Shown in pieces: positions 9,866 through 20,009 of a DNA stretch of 64,000 nt; the first letter of the stretch is position 1, and each line of letters begins with the position of its first letter. A model generated the notes under the pieces. The model was not told the DNA's origin. It saw nothing but the letters and a program-made list of their open reading frames with translations, and did no database searches. Source of the stretch: Bacteroidota bacterium (GTDB taxonomy: Bacteria > Bacteroidota > Bacteroidia > Chitinophagales > Chitinophagaceae); NCBI GenBank assembly GCA_018268085.1, contig JAFDXE010000014.1:8140-72139 (forward strand), written 5' to 3'. The position numbers were made by a program, and so were the translations under genes.

Positions 9866-11422
9866 ATGAATGTTGCAAAAATACTCTGGGTAGATGATGA
9901 AATAGACAGCCTGAACTCACAGATCATGTTTCTCGAAAATAAAGGTTACGAAGTGCAAACCCGTACTAACGGATTTGATGCAGTTGAGTTTGTGAAAGAC
10001 AATTTTGTAGATGTAGTGTTGCTTGATGAAACCATGCCTGGCATTACCGGTTTGCAAACATTACAACAAATAAAAGAGGTGAATAACAATCTCCCGGTAG
10101 TGATGATCACCAAAAATGAGGCAGAGAATTTAATGGATGAAGCTATAGGCAGCCAGATCAGTGATTATCTCATTAAGCCTGTAAATCCCAACCAGGTTTG
10201 GTTAAGCCTTAAAAAAATTATCGACAATAAAAGACTGGTTGCCGAAAAAACAACTTCAGCTTACCAGCAGGAATTCCGTAACCTGTTTATGGCACTCAAT
10301 AATAATCCTGATTATAATGAGTGGATGGATATTTATAAAAAACTTGTTTACTGGGAACTGGAAATGGAGAAAAGCGACAGCCCCGAAATGCGTGAAGTAT
10401 TTCAAACACAGAAACAGGAAGCCAATACCGAATTCTTTAAATTCATTTCTAAAAATTATGCATCCTGGGTGGCACCTAAAAGTACCGATGGCCCGATCAT
10501 GAGCCATAATTTATTAAAGTTTAAAGTGCTGCCGCATCTTGAAAAAGGAACGCCCTTATTTTTTATTTTGATTGATAACCTGCGTTTTGATCAATGGAAA
10601 AGTATCCAGCCCATGTTTGCTGAAAGTTTCAGGATACTGGAAGAGGAAACCTTTTATGCCATATTGCCCACCGCCACACAATACGCACGCAATGCTATTT
10701 TCGCAGGCATGTTACCGATAGATATTGAAAAACAATTTTCCGCACAATGGAAAAATGATGATGAAGAAGGCGGAAAGAACTTACACGAAGAAGAATTTTT
10801 AAAAGCACAATTAAAGCGACTGGGAAAATCAGACCTGCGGATTTCCTATACCAAGATCACCAATAATTATGATGGTCAGAAAATGGTAGACAATATCCAT
10901 AACCTGATGCAGAATGACCTGAACGTAATCGTGTACAATTTTATTGATATGCTCAGTCATGCACGCACCGAAATGGAAGTGCTGAAAGAACTGGCCGGAG
11001 ATGAAACGAGTTACCGCAGTATTACCGAAAGCTGGTTTGAACATAGCCCGCTGCACCAGGCATTAAAAAAGATTGCCGATAAAAATCTGAACCTGGTTGT
11101 AGCAACCGACCATGGATCTACAAGGGTAAAAACACCGGCTAAAGTGATCGGGGATAAACAAACAACAGCCAATCTCCGGTATAAACACGGCAGAAACCTG
11201 AACTATGAACCGAGAGATGTGCTGGCCTTCCGTGATCCGAGAGAGGCAGGGCTTCCGGTACCCAATGTAAATTCATCATTCATATTCGCAAAGGGCGATC
11301 TTTACCTCTGCTATCCCAACAATTACAATCATTTTGTGAATTATTACCGCAATACTTTTCAGCATGGAGGGATCAGCCTGGAGGAAATGATCGTACCGGT
11401 AATCCGGATGTCGAGTAAATAA
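9866..11422 (+). CDS. porX: T9SS-associated response regulator PorX (receiver + PglZ/alkaline-phosphatase-like domain)
   Basis: Receiver ILWVDDE...LLDETMPG; PglZ-type IDNLRFDQW, LPTATQYARN, NFIDMLSHAR, ATDHG, FQHGGISLEEM; divergent from the HD-lpxD block. Confidence 0.9.
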   Translation: MNVAKILWVDDEIDSLNSQIMFLENKGYEVQTRTNGFDAVEFVKDNFVDVVLLDETMPGITGLQTLQQIKEVNNNLPVVMITKNEAENLMDEAIGSQISDYLIKPVNPNQVWLSLKKIIDNKRLVAEKTTSAYQQEFRNLFMALNNNPDYNEWMDIYKKLVYWELEMEKSDSPEMREVFQTQKQEANTEFFKFISKNYASWVAPKSTDGPIMSHNLLKFKVLPHLEKGTPLFFILIDNLRFDQWKSIQPMFAESFRILEEETFYAILPTATQYARNAIFAGMLPIDIEKQFSAQWKNDDEEGGKNLHEEEFLKAQLKRLGKSDLRISYTKITNNYDGQKMVDNIHNLMQNDLNVIVYNFIDMLSHARTEMEVLKELAGDETSYRSITESWFEHSPLHQALKKIADKNLNLVVATDHGSTRVKTPAKVIGDKQTTANLRYKHGRNLNYEPRDVLAFRDPREAGLPVPNVNSSFIFAKGDLYLCYPNNYNHFVNYYRNTFQHGGISLEEMIVPVIRMSSK

Positions 11423-11563
11423 TTAAATCCTGTCCTGTAAATCATCGTATTGCAGCCGTTTTATTAATCCACATTTGTGAACAAACTTTTTTTTATTTCC
11501 TGTATTATTAAAGCAAGTTGCGGATGATTTGTAAATTGGAAAAGCTACATACCTATAGTGAAT

Positions 11564-11833
11564 ATGAAATACACCCAGCATACATTAGATAAAATAGAAA
11601 GAGTAATCGAAGAAGGTGGATATTTGATCCGTTATGAAAGAGGCACATTCCAGAGTGGTTACTGCATTTTGCAATCGAAAAAAGTTGTTGTGTTGAACAA
11701 GTTCTTTCAAACAGAGGGAAGGATCAATACATTGATCGATTTACTTCCGCAACTTGATATCAACATTGATGCGCTCACACACGAAAGCCAGAAATTATAT
11801 GAAGAGCTGATTACGATTGAAGTGGAACATTAA
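11564..11833 (+). CDS. Small hypothetical protein, probably conserved in Bacteroidota
   Basis: Clean ORF after porX with RYERGTFQSGYCIL motif, followed by a terminator. Confidence 0.7.
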   Translation: MKYTQHTLDKIERVIEEGGYLIRYERGTFQSGYCILQSKKVVVLNKFFQTEGRINTLIDLLPQLDINIDALTHESQKLYEELITIEVEH

Positions 11834-11860
11834 AATGCGCTTTATACAAAATATTAATAC

Positions 11861-11891
11861 AAAAGGAATGACATTCAGTTCATTCCTTTTT
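11861..11891 (+). terminator. Intrinsic terminator after the small gene downstream of porX
   Basis: AAAAGGAATGA-CATTCAGT-TCATTCCTTTT stem-loop with T tract. Confidence 0.75.
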
Positions 11892-11938
11892 GCTTTTTTT
11901 ACATTCCTGCCTAATTTCGCAGTCCTTATTCATAACGC

Positions 11939-12730
11939 ATGATTTGTCCGCCACTCAAAATAACTTTTCTTGGTACCGGTACAAGTAGTGGTGTACCTAT
12001 GATCGCCTGTCCCTGCCGCGTTTGTTCATCAGAAGATGCGAAAGATAAAAGATTACGCAGCAGTATTCTTGTAGAAAGCAGTACAACCACATTGGTGATA
12101 GATACCACGCCCGACTTTCGGTACCAGATGTTGCGGAATAATGTTACCAAACTTGATGCGGTGTTGTTTACGCATCCGCACAAAGATCATATTGCCGGTA
12201 TGGATGATATCAGGGCTTACAATTATTTTCAGAACCAGGCAATGAATGTATATGCCAATGAACTTACACAACAGGCATTGCGAAAAGAATTTTCCTACGT
12301 GTTTTCAGAATCGAAATATCCGGGAGTGCCGGAGGTGAAGCTGATAGATGTACACATGGAACCATTTATGGTAGGAGATATCCCGGTTATCCCGTTTATT
12401 GTTTGGCATCTTAAAATGCCGGTAGTTGCATTTCGCTTCGGCGACTTTACGTATATCACAGATGCAAACCGGATAGATGATGCAGAAAAGCAAATCATCA
12501 AAGGAAGCAAAACCATTGTACTGAATGCACTGCGCCACGAAAAACATATTTCTCATTTCAACCTTGAAGAAGCCGTATCGCTCGTTAAAGAACTGGATAT
12601 TCCCGAAGCTTATTTTACACATATCAGTCACCAGTTAGGAAAGTACAAAGACATCAGTCCGATTTTACCTCCCGGAATTCACCTTGCATACGACGAATTG
12701 CAGTTGATTTTCTCCCCAAATACTGTTTAA
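11939..12730 (+). CDS. MBL-fold metallo-hydrolase (PhnP/YycJ-like phosphodiesterase)
   Basis: LGTGTSSGVP, CPCRVC, IDTTPDFR, THPHKDHIAG, YITDA, THISH. Confidence 0.88.
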   Translation: MICPPLKITFLGTGTSSGVPMIACPCRVCSSEDAKDKRLRSSILVESSTTTLVIDTTPDFRYQMLRNNVTKLDAVLFTHPHKDHIAGMDDIRAYNYFQNQAMNVYANELTQQALRKEFSYVFSESKYPGVPEVKLIDVHMEPFMVGDIPVIPFIVWHLKMPVVAFRFGDFTYITDANRIDDAEKQIIKGSKTIVLNALRHEKHISHFNLEEAVSLVKELDIPEAYFTHISHQLGKYKDISPILPPGIHLAYDELQLIFSPNTV

Positions 12731-12770
12731 TTTCTCCTGATCGTTTTTTGCATGCATGATAGTTTTGGTT

Positions 12771-13709
12771 ATGCAGAAAAGAAATGAAAACCGGTTTTTC
12801 CAGTTTACCCGTAAAGAAAAAAACGGAACAATTGTGTTGTTGCTGATCATTATGTTGTTATTGGCAATTCCCATATTGTTTCCTTTACTGTATAGAGAGC
12901 AGCCATTTGATCCGGTTGCCTTAAAGTACGGTTCGGAGCAACTGCAGTTATCGTCACCTGATTCTGTAAAAAAGCAAAAGGTGTTTTATAACAATACAGC
13001 ATTTCATAAAGAAAGTAAACAGCATTATGAGAAGAATCTGCCTGTTCAATTATCGTTGTTTTATTTTGATCCCAACACCCTGGATGATGAAGGATGGAAA
13101 AGACTTGGACTAAGAGAAAAAGCAGTGGCAACCATTCAGCGTTATGTTTCAAAAGGAGGAAGAATTAAGGTTGCAGATGATATCAGAAAAATATGGGGAT
13201 TGCATGAAGATGAGATCGCACAATTGCTGCCGTACATTAAGATTGAAACGCAGGTAGTGGATAATACGGCTTCCCGTACCCCGGTTAAAAATACAGTTGA
13301 TCCTGCAAACCATGTGATAGATATTAATGAAGCAGATTCTACCGCATTTATTTCTTTACCTGGCATTGGGCCCGGATATGCCAAACGAATCATTAAGTTC
13401 AGGGATAAACTGGGAGGATTTATACAGGTTAACCAGGTAGCAGAAACATTTGGATTACCCGATTCAACCTTTCAGAAAATTAAAAGCCACTTAAAAATTT
13501 CCAATGCTACCGTCAGAAAAATAAATGTCAATACAGCCACACTGGAAGCATTAAAGGAACATCCGTATATCCGGTATCAAACGGCAAACGCCATCATACA
13601 ATACCGCACGCAGCATGGATTATTTACTGCAACTACCGATTTGAAAAAAATCCAACTGGTAACAGATGAATTGTATGAAAAGATTGCGCCTTATATCAAT
13701 ATTCAATGA
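12771..13709 (+). CDS. ComEA-like helix-hairpin-helix DNA-binding membrane protein
   Basis: N-terminal TM helix; HhH repeats FDPNTLD, IDINEADSTAFISLPGIGP, INVNTATLEAL. Confidence 0.8.
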   Translation: MQKRNENRFFQFTRKEKNGTIVLLLIIMLLLAIPILFPLLYREQPFDPVALKYGSEQLQLSSPDSVKKQKVFYNNTAFHKESKQHYEKNLPVQLSLFYFDPNTLDDEGWKRLGLREKAVATIQRYVSKGGRIKVADDIRKIWGLHEDEIAQLLPYIKIETQVVDNTASRTPVKNTVDPANHVIDINEADSTAFISLPGIGPGYAKRIIKFRDKLGGFIQVNQVAETFGLPDSTFQKIKSHLKISNATVRKINVNTATLEALKEHPYIRYQTANAIIQYRTQHGLFTATTDLKKIQLVTDELYEKIAPYINIQ

Positions 13710-13856
13710 AAAGTAATAAGCTGATCATGCAATGAGGCCACAGCTAATTAAATTTTATGCACTTCGGGATTCATGCCTATCTCTGTGGCACTTCTTACCA
13801 CGAAGCATGGCTTTTCATCTGATATTCCCTAAATTGCGCCCTCAATAAATTGCCAT

Positions 13857-14999
13857 ATGATTGAATTTGCACAAAATGAACTCACCCACCAGGTGGCCCA
13901 GTCGGCCCGTGATTTTGCCCAACAATATATCAAACCTCATTTAATGGAGTGGGATGAATCGCAGGAGTTTCCTGTTCACATCTTCAAAGAACTCGGAAAA
14001 CTGGGGATGATGGGTGTATTGGTTCCCGAATCGTATGGCGGTACCGGCCTGGGTTATTTCGAATACAGCGCCGTAATCCAGGAAATTGCAAAAGTGTGTG
14101 GTTCAGTAGGATTGTCCCTGGCGGCTCATAATTCATTATGTACAGGTCATATCATGACTTTTGGGAACGATGCTCAAAAGAAAAAATACCTTCCCAAACT
14201 GGCAACAGCCGAATTCATTGGCGCCTGGGGATTAACAGAACCCAATACCGGCAGTGATGCTGGTAATATGAAAACGGTAGCAGTTAAAGATGGTAACAAC
14301 TGGAAAATTAACGGTACCAAAAGCTGGATCACCCACGGGAAATCCGGTGATGTGGCAGTTGTGATCTGCCGCACCGGTGAACCAAGAGCGAAAAATAATT
14401 CAACTGCGTTTATTGTTGACCGTGGTACGCCTGGTTTCAGCGCCGGGAAAAAAGAAAATAAACTCGGCATGCGTGCAAGTGAAACAGCAGAAATGATATT
14501 TGACAATTGCATCATCCCCGATGAAAACCGTTTGGGCGAAGTAGGAGAAGGATTTAAACAGGCAATGAAAATACTTGACGGCGGAAGGATTTCCATTGCA
14601 GCACTAAGCCTCGGTATTGCAAAAGGCGCTTATGAAGCTTCGATACAATACTCAAAAGAACGCCAGCAGTTTGATCAGCCGATTGCCAACTTCCAGGCCA
14701 TAGGTTTTAAACTGGCAGATATGGCAACAAAGATCCAGGCAGCCGAACTACTCATCAACCAGGCCTGCGATTTAAAAATGAAAGGGCTGCCCATGACTAA
14801 AGAATCGGCCATGGCAAAATATTACGCCAGTGAAATTGCAGTGGAGATCAGCACAGATGCTGTACAGATATTCGGCGGTTATGGTTATACCAAAGATTTC
14901 CCGGTAGAAAAATTTTACCGCGACAGTAAATTATGTACGATCGGCGAAGGAACCAGTGAAATTCAAAAGCTGGTAATAGCCAGGGAAATTTTAAAATAA
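13857..14999 (+). CDS. Acyl-CoA dehydrogenase
   Basis: GAWGLTEPNTGSDA, INGTKSWIT, KLGMRAS, RQQFDQPI, QIFGGYGY, IGEGTSEIQ. Confidence 0.93.
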   Translation: MIEFAQNELTHQVAQSARDFAQQYIKPHLMEWDESQEFPVHIFKELGKLGMMGVLVPESYGGTGLGYFEYSAVIQEIAKVCGSVGLSLAAHNSLCTGHIMTFGNDAQKKKYLPKLATAEFIGAWGLTEPNTGSDAGNMKTVAVKDGNNWKINGTKSWITHGKSGDVAVVICRTGEPRAKNNSTAFIVDRGTPGFSAGKKENKLGMRASETAEMIFDNCIIPDENRLGEVGEGFKQAMKILDGGRISIAALSLGIAKGAYEASIQYSKERQQFDQPIANFQAIGFKLADMATKIQAAELLINQACDLKMKGLPMTKESAMAKYYASEIAVEISTDAVQIFGGYGYTKDFPVEKFYRDSKLCTIGEGTSEIQKLVIAREILK

Positions 15000-15019
15000 G
15001 TTCAAAAGAATTTTTTTTT

Positions 15020-15046
15020 AAAACACGTAGCGATACGTGTTTTTTT
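15020..15046 (+). terminator. Intrinsic terminator after the acyl-CoA dehydrogenase gene
   Basis: AAAACACGTA-GCGA-TACGTGTTTT followed by further T residues. Confidence 0.75.
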
Positions 15047-15084
15047 ATAGCTGATATTTTGTGGGTTTACATTTCAAATTTTAA

Positions 15085-15474
15085 ATGGATAAGCAATTGA
15101 TCATAATAAGAAAAATAGTTTTCCTGCTGATGACAGTAATGGCTATTGTTGCCTGCAATGAAAATGCCGGTAATAAAAAATCGCCAGGCAACGATGGATC
15201 AATATCGGGAAAGCAATTGTTTACAATCAACTGCGGGCAATGTCATAAACCAACCGAAAATTTTGTGGGACCGGCGCTGCATCATGTTGCTGATCGCTGG
15301 AAAGACCAGCAATTGTTATTTGAATTTATTCGCAATCCCTCTGCTGTAATTGCAAAAGATGCGTATGCCAAAGCATTGTTTGAGCAATGGCAGCGGGCTT
15401 ATATGCAACCATTCCCTTCGTTAACTGATGAAGAAATTAAAAGCATACTGGCTTATTGTAATGAAGCGCAATAA
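15085..15474 (+). CDS. Monoheme c-type cytochrome lipoprotein
   Basis: Lipobox IVAC, heme motif CGQCH, VGPAL, distal Met in YMQPF. Confidence 0.85.
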   Translation: MDKQLIIIRKIVFLLMTVMAIVACNENAGNKKSPGNDGSISGKQLFTINCGQCHKPTENFVGPALHHVADRWKDQQLLFEFIRNPSAVIAKDAYAKALFEQWQRAYMQPFPSLTDEEIKSILAYCNEAQ

Positions 15475-15520
15475 AAAAGCCGGCTGAGCAAACAACCAGC
15501 TTATACTTTTTTTCGAAAAA

Positions 15521-15817
15521 TTATTTTTTCCCGAATATACCCTTTGCAAAGTCTTCTACTTTTTCGCCAATGTCACCGGGAATGATATCACTGATCTTAT
15601 CCATCATTCCACCACTGTCTCCCGACGCTACATTGTTGTTTACCTGTGTGGGAGCAGCAGATGCTGCAGGTGCGTTACCCGGTAAAAAATTATCTACTGC
15701 CCCGGCGAGCATTGGAAATTTTTCCTTAATAAAATCTTTAACGGTGTGAATAGCAGTATGTGCCTGTTCGGGGCTGATGCCGGCTTTTTCTATCAGCTTG
15801 TCAATTAACTCTTGCAT
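15521..15817 (-). CDS. Small hypothetical protein
   Basis: Helical N-terminus MQELIDKLIEKAGISPEQA, Ala/Pro linker; downstream of relA/spoT. Confidence 0.65.
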   Translation of the reverse strand: MQELIDKLIEKAGISPEQAHTAIHTVKDFIKEKFPMLAGAVDNFLPGNAPAASAAPTQVNNNVASGDSGGMMDKISDIIPGDIGEKVEDFAKGIFGKK

Positions 15818-15855
15818 AACCTATTGTTTAATTCGTGAAAAATAGTTGATGAATT

Positions 15856-18087
15856 TTATTCAGTATCGTATCTGTCTACCCGCTCAATACCTGGCAGTGC
15901 CAATAATTGGTTTACTAAGTTATCCAGTTCTTCCTTATCGTGAACAAATACTCTTACATTACCTTCAAACACGCCGTCTTTTGCTTCAATGGTCATCGCT
16001 GAAATATTTACCCTTAGTTCCCCGCTGATGAGATTGGTTATTTTATGGATCACACCTACATCATCCAATCCAATGATCTTTAAGCCGGTAAGGAATGATA
16101 TCTCTTTATTTTTAGCCCATTTGGTTTTTACCACACGATGCCCGTAATTAGCTAATAACCTGGCTGCATTGGGGCAGTTGGTTCGGTGTATCTTTAATCC
16201 TTCACCTGCTGTGATAAAACCAAATACATCATCTCCCGGAATGGGTTTGCAGCAATTGGCAAGTGTGTACATGATGCGATCGCTGCTTTCTCCGAAAATG
16301 ATCAGTTCCGCATCTTTCTTTACACCGGTTTTGTTCTCGGTGTACTCAGGTTTCTCTTCTACAACCTTTACCGGTTTTGGCGGAACAACCTTGTCGCCTA
16401 ACACAGAAAATTCTTTTAATTCCTTAAGGTCTATTTTCTTTACAGCAATATCATATAACAAATCAAGGCTGCTGTTGATCTTGTAAAAAGTAGCGATCTC
16501 CTCCATATTTCCCTGGCTCATGGCAGCGCCCATGCCTTCCAGTTTGCGCTGCAGAATATATTTGCCATCTTCAGCAATGGCACGCTTTTCTTCTTTAAGC
16601 GTATCTTTTATTTTACTTTTTGCTTTGCTGGTTACTACAAAATTCAGCCATTCGGAATTGGGTTTCTGTTTGGCACTCGTAATGATCTCAATCTGGTCGC
16701 CGCTCTTTAATTTATAACTGATCGGAACAAGTTTATGATTCACTTTTGCTCCAATACATTTGCTCCCAACGGCAGTGTGTACACTAAATGCAAAATCCAG
16801 GGCAGTAGCGCCAATCGGTAACATTTTTACATCCCCCTTAGGTGTGTACACATATATTTCTTCTGCTAAAAAAGATGTTTTAAAATCCTGTAAAAAATCG
16901 AGCGAGTTGGATTCCTGGTTGCTCAATGCTTCCCGAATTTGTTGAAACCATTTGTCGAAACGGCTTTCATCTTCTTTTCCTTCCTTGTATTTCCAGTGAG
17001 CAGCCAGTCCTTTTTCGGCAATTTCGTTCATGCGTTGTGTGCGGATCTGAACTTCCACCCATTTTCCCTGCGGGCCCATTACCGTGGTGTGCAGCGCTTC
17101 ATAACCATTACTCTTGGGATTGCTCAGCCAGTCTCTCAATCTTTCCGGCGATGGATTATACGCATCTGTAATAATGCTGTACACTTTCCAGCAATCTTCT
17201 TTTTCTTTTTCCGGAACAGCGTTTACAATAATGCGTATGGCAAACAGGTCATACACTTCTTCAAAGGAAACGCCTTTCTTTTTTATTTTGGTCCAGATGG
17301 AATGAATACTTTTTGGCCTTCCGTAAATCTCAAAACTGAGTCCTGTTTTATCCAGTTTCTCTTTCAATGGCCTGATAAAATCATTGATATAGCGGGTGCG
17401 TTCTCTTTTAGTATCCTGTAATTTTTGTGCGATGTAGCGGTAAGTATCGGGTTCCATATACTTCATCGCCAGGTCTTCCATCTCCGTTTTAATATTGTAC
17501 AAGCCCATCCGGTGGGCCAGCGGCGCATAAACATACACTGTTTCAGAAGAGATCTTTAGTTGTTTATCTCTCTTCATGTGATCCATTGTACGCATATTGT
17601 GCAGGCGATCGGCAAGCTTAATAAGTATCACACGTGGGTCATCGGTGAGCGTTAACAGTATTTTTTTAAAATTCTCTGCCTGTTGTGTGGTATTGGAATC
17701 CATCACGGTAGAGATCTTTGTTAAACCGTCAACTATTTTAGAAATCTCACTTCCAAATTCACGCTGAATATCTTCGAGTGTTACGTCAGTATCTTCAACC
17801 GTATCGTGTAATAGTGCACAAATGGCGCTGCGGATACCGAGCCCAATTTCTTCCGCACAAATCTTAGCAACAGCCAACGGGTGCAGGATGTACGGCTCCC
17901 CACTTTTGCGGCGCATGGTTTTATGGGCTTCGGCTGCTATTTCAAAGGCATTACGAAGCATCATCTTATCGCCCGGCTTCAATTTTGATTTTAAAACTTT
18001 TAATAAAGCCCGGTATTGGCGTAAGATTTCTTTTTTTTCTTCCTCTTCAGACAAATTGTAGGATTGTATTGGTTCTGTAGCTTCCAT
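15856..18087 (-). CDS. relA/spoT: Long bifunctional (p)ppGpp synthetase/hydrolase (RelA/SpoT homologue)
   Basis: HD domain RKSGEPYILHP...LLHDTVED, synthetase GRPKS...KSNGYEALHT...EVQIRT, TGS (VYTPKG) and C-terminal ACT; ATG at 18087 preferred. Confidence 0.94.
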   Translation of the reverse strand: MEATEPIQSYNLSEEEEKKEILRQYRALLKVLKSKLKPGDKMMLRNAFEIAAEAHKTMRRKSGEPYILHPLAVAKICAEEIGLGIRSAICALLHDTVEDTDVTLEDIQREFGSEISKIVDGLTKISTVMDSNTTQQAENFKKILLTLTDDPRVILIKLADRLHNMRTMDHMKRDKQLKISSETVYVYAPLAHRMGLYNIKTEMEDLAMKYMEPDTYRYIAQKLQDTKRERTRYINDFIRPLKEKLDKTGLSFEIYGRPKSIHSIWTKIKKKGVSFEEVYDLFAIRIIVNAVPEKEKEDCWKVYSIITDAYNPSPERLRDWLSNPKSNGYEALHTTVMGPQGKWVEVQIRTQRMNEIAEKGLAAHWKYKEGKEDESRFDKWFQQIREALSNQESNSLDFLQDFKTSFLAEEIYVYTPKGDVKMLPIGATALDFAFSVHTAVGSKCIGAKVNHKLVPISYKLKSGDQIEIITSAKQKPNSEWLNFVVTSKAKSKIKDTLKEEKRAIAEDGKYILQRKLEGMGAAMSQGNMEEIATFYKINSSLDLLYDIAVKKIDLKELKEFSVLGDKVVPPKPVKVVEEKPEYTENKTGVKKDAELIIFGESSDRIMYTLANCCKPIPGDDVFGFITAGEGLKIHRTNCPNAARLLANYGHRVVKTKWAKNKEISFLTGLKIIGLDDVGVIHKITNLISGELRVNISAMTIEAKDGVFEGNVRVFVHDKEELDNLVNQLLALPGIERVDRYDTE

Positions 18088-18272
18088 GTAGTAAAACGAA
18101 TTTAGTTGAAAAAGGCCAAAGCAGGAAATGGCCAATTGTATTAAACCTGTTGCTGAACAATAAATTATAGCCTCCCCGTACTGATTTTTTGCGCAGGTTG
18201 TATAGCCTGATTTTATTGGATACTATGCGGCAAATAATCAGTAAATGAAGCATTTTTTCGGAAGAAAAGCCG

Positions 18273-18280
18273 TAGCTTTG
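18273..18280 (+). promoter_or_regulatory. -7 element (TAGCTTTG) of the tRNA-Leu/tig transcript
   Basis: Exact TAnnTTTG match 10 nt upstream of the tRNA. Confidence 0.75.
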
Positions 18281-18290
18281 CGTCCCATTT

Positions 18291-18372
18291 GCGGATATGG
18301 CGAAATTGGCAGACGCACCAGACTTAGGATCTGGCGGAGCAATCCATGTAGGTTCGACCCCTATTATCCGCA
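18291..18372 (+). tRNA. tRNA-Leu (anticodon TAG), CCA end not encoded
   Basis: Acceptor GCGGATA/TATCCGC; anticodon arm CCAGA-CTTAGGA-TCTGG; long variable arm; T arm GTAGG-TTCGACC-CCTAT; discriminator A followed by CAA. Confidence 0.95.
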
Positions 18373-18499
18373 CAACAGGATACTGAACAGATTTTTGGCA
18401 AGGAACAAGGTTTACAGAACACAGCAGTTCATTATTCCTTGTTCCTTGTTCTGTATCGGGTATCGCTCATTACAGTAGAAATTCTAAAAAATAAACATA

Positions 18500-19864
18500 A
18501 TGCCTACAGTTGAAAGAGAAAATATTGGTTTGTTAACCGATAAACTAATTGTGAAGATTAAAAAAGAAGACTACCTGCCTTCTTTCGAAAAGAAATTAAA
18601 AGAATACAGTAAAACAGCCAATATCCCCGGATTCAGGAAAGGAATGGTTCCTGCAGGAATGATTAAAAAAATGTATGGTGCCGGAATATTTAACGACGAA
18701 GTTTTGAAAACAGTAGAGAAGCACCTGTTCACTTATCTTAATGAAGAGAAGCCGGATATTTTCGCCCAGCCATTACCGTTACAAAATGACATCAGCATTG
18801 ATCTCAACAATCCTGCTGATTATGATTTCGGTTTTGAAATTGGACTGAAACCATCATTTGAAATACCTGATTTTTCAAAAGCAAAACTCACCAGGCATAC
18901 CGTAGAGGTTACGGAAGAAATGCTTGATGAAGAGATCAGCCACATGCAGATCAAAGGCGGAAAAATGACGGAACCTGAAGTGATCGATAACGAAGAAAAT
19001 GTGATCAATGTATTGTTCACAGAATCGGATAAGGATGGCAATACAGTTGAAGGCGGTATTTCAAAAGAAAACTCTGTACTGCTTAAATATTTTACACCTA
19101 AAATGCAGAAAGAGCTGAAGGGTAAAAAAGCAGGAGATCATATCGTGTTCCAGTTGAATAAAACTTTTGAGGGCGACAAACTGGAAATGATGCTCCATGA
19201 TCTCGGATTGGCAAAAGATGATAAAGAAGCTGCTGCAAAATATTTCAGGGCTGATATTGTAAAAATTGGATTGATTGAAAAAAGGGAATTGAATGAAGAA
19301 TTCTTCAACGAAATCTTCCCGGGTAAAAACATTGGCACCATTGAAGCGTTGCGTAATGAATTAAGAGAGGAGATGACGAAATACTGGGAATCACAAACAC
19401 GCAATCAATTGCACGATCAACTGTATCATTTCCTGGTAGATGATACTAAGATGGAATTCCCGGAAGGATTTTTAAAACGCTGGCTGCAAACCGGTGGCGA
19501 AAAACCAAAAACAGCAGAAGAAGCCGAAAGTGAATTTCCGGTATTCAGCAACCAGCTAAAATGGACACTCATCAGCGACCGCCTGATTAAAGACAATAAC
19601 CTGGATGTTACAGAAGAGGAACTTAAGCAAAGCATGCGTGGCGAAGTAATGCGTTACTTTGGCCAGATGAACCTGGGAGAAAATATTGATTGGCTTGACA
19701 GCTATATAGACAGGATGATGAAAGATGAAAAGCAGGTAGATGCAACCTACCGCAGGCTGGTTACGGAAAAATTGTTCAACTGGATGGAAGCTCAAACCAA
19801 ACCAAAAGAGAAGAAAGTAACCGGGGGAGAATTAACTGCGATGCAGCACAATCATCACCATTAA
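18500..19864 (+). CDS. tig: Trigger factor
   Basis: Ribosome-binding motif IPGFRKGMVP, length 454 aa, position downstream of tRNA-Leu. Confidence 0.92.
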   Translation: MPTVERENIGLLTDKLIVKIKKEDYLPSFEKKLKEYSKTANIPGFRKGMVPAGMIKKMYGAGIFNDEVLKTVEKHLFTYLNEEKPDIFAQPLPLQNDISIDLNNPADYDFGFEIGLKPSFEIPDFSKAKLTRHTVEVTEEMLDEEISHMQIKGGKMTEPEVIDNEENVINVLFTESDKDGNTVEGGISKENSVLLKYFTPKMQKELKGKKAGDHIVFQLNKTFEGDKLEMMLHDLGLAKDDKEAAAKYFRADIVKIGLIEKRELNEEFFNEIFPGKNIGTIEALRNELREEMTKYWESQTRNQLHDQLYHFLVDDTKMEFPEGFLKRWLQTGGEKPKTAEEAESEFPVFSNQLKWTLISDRLIKDNNLDVTEEELKQSMRGEVMRYFGQMNLGENIDWLDSYIDRMMKDEKQVDATYRRLVTEKLFNWMEAQTKPKEKKVTGGELTAMQHNHHH

Positions 19865-19885
19865 TTTATTCGTATTTATTGTAGT

Positions 19886-19913
19886 AAAAGAGGTAGCGAT
19901 CTACCTCTTTTTT
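19886..19913 (+). terminator. Intrinsic terminator after tig
   Basis: AAAAGAGGTAG-CGAT-CTACCTCTTTT plus T tract. Confidence 0.8.
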
Positions 19914-20009
19914 CGTTTAACATATTCTTAGCGGCAGGCATATACAATAGCAGGTTTTTTATCGTTCCGTTTATCTATCCTCATTCTTAACTTAATAAAC
20001 CTTACTGCC

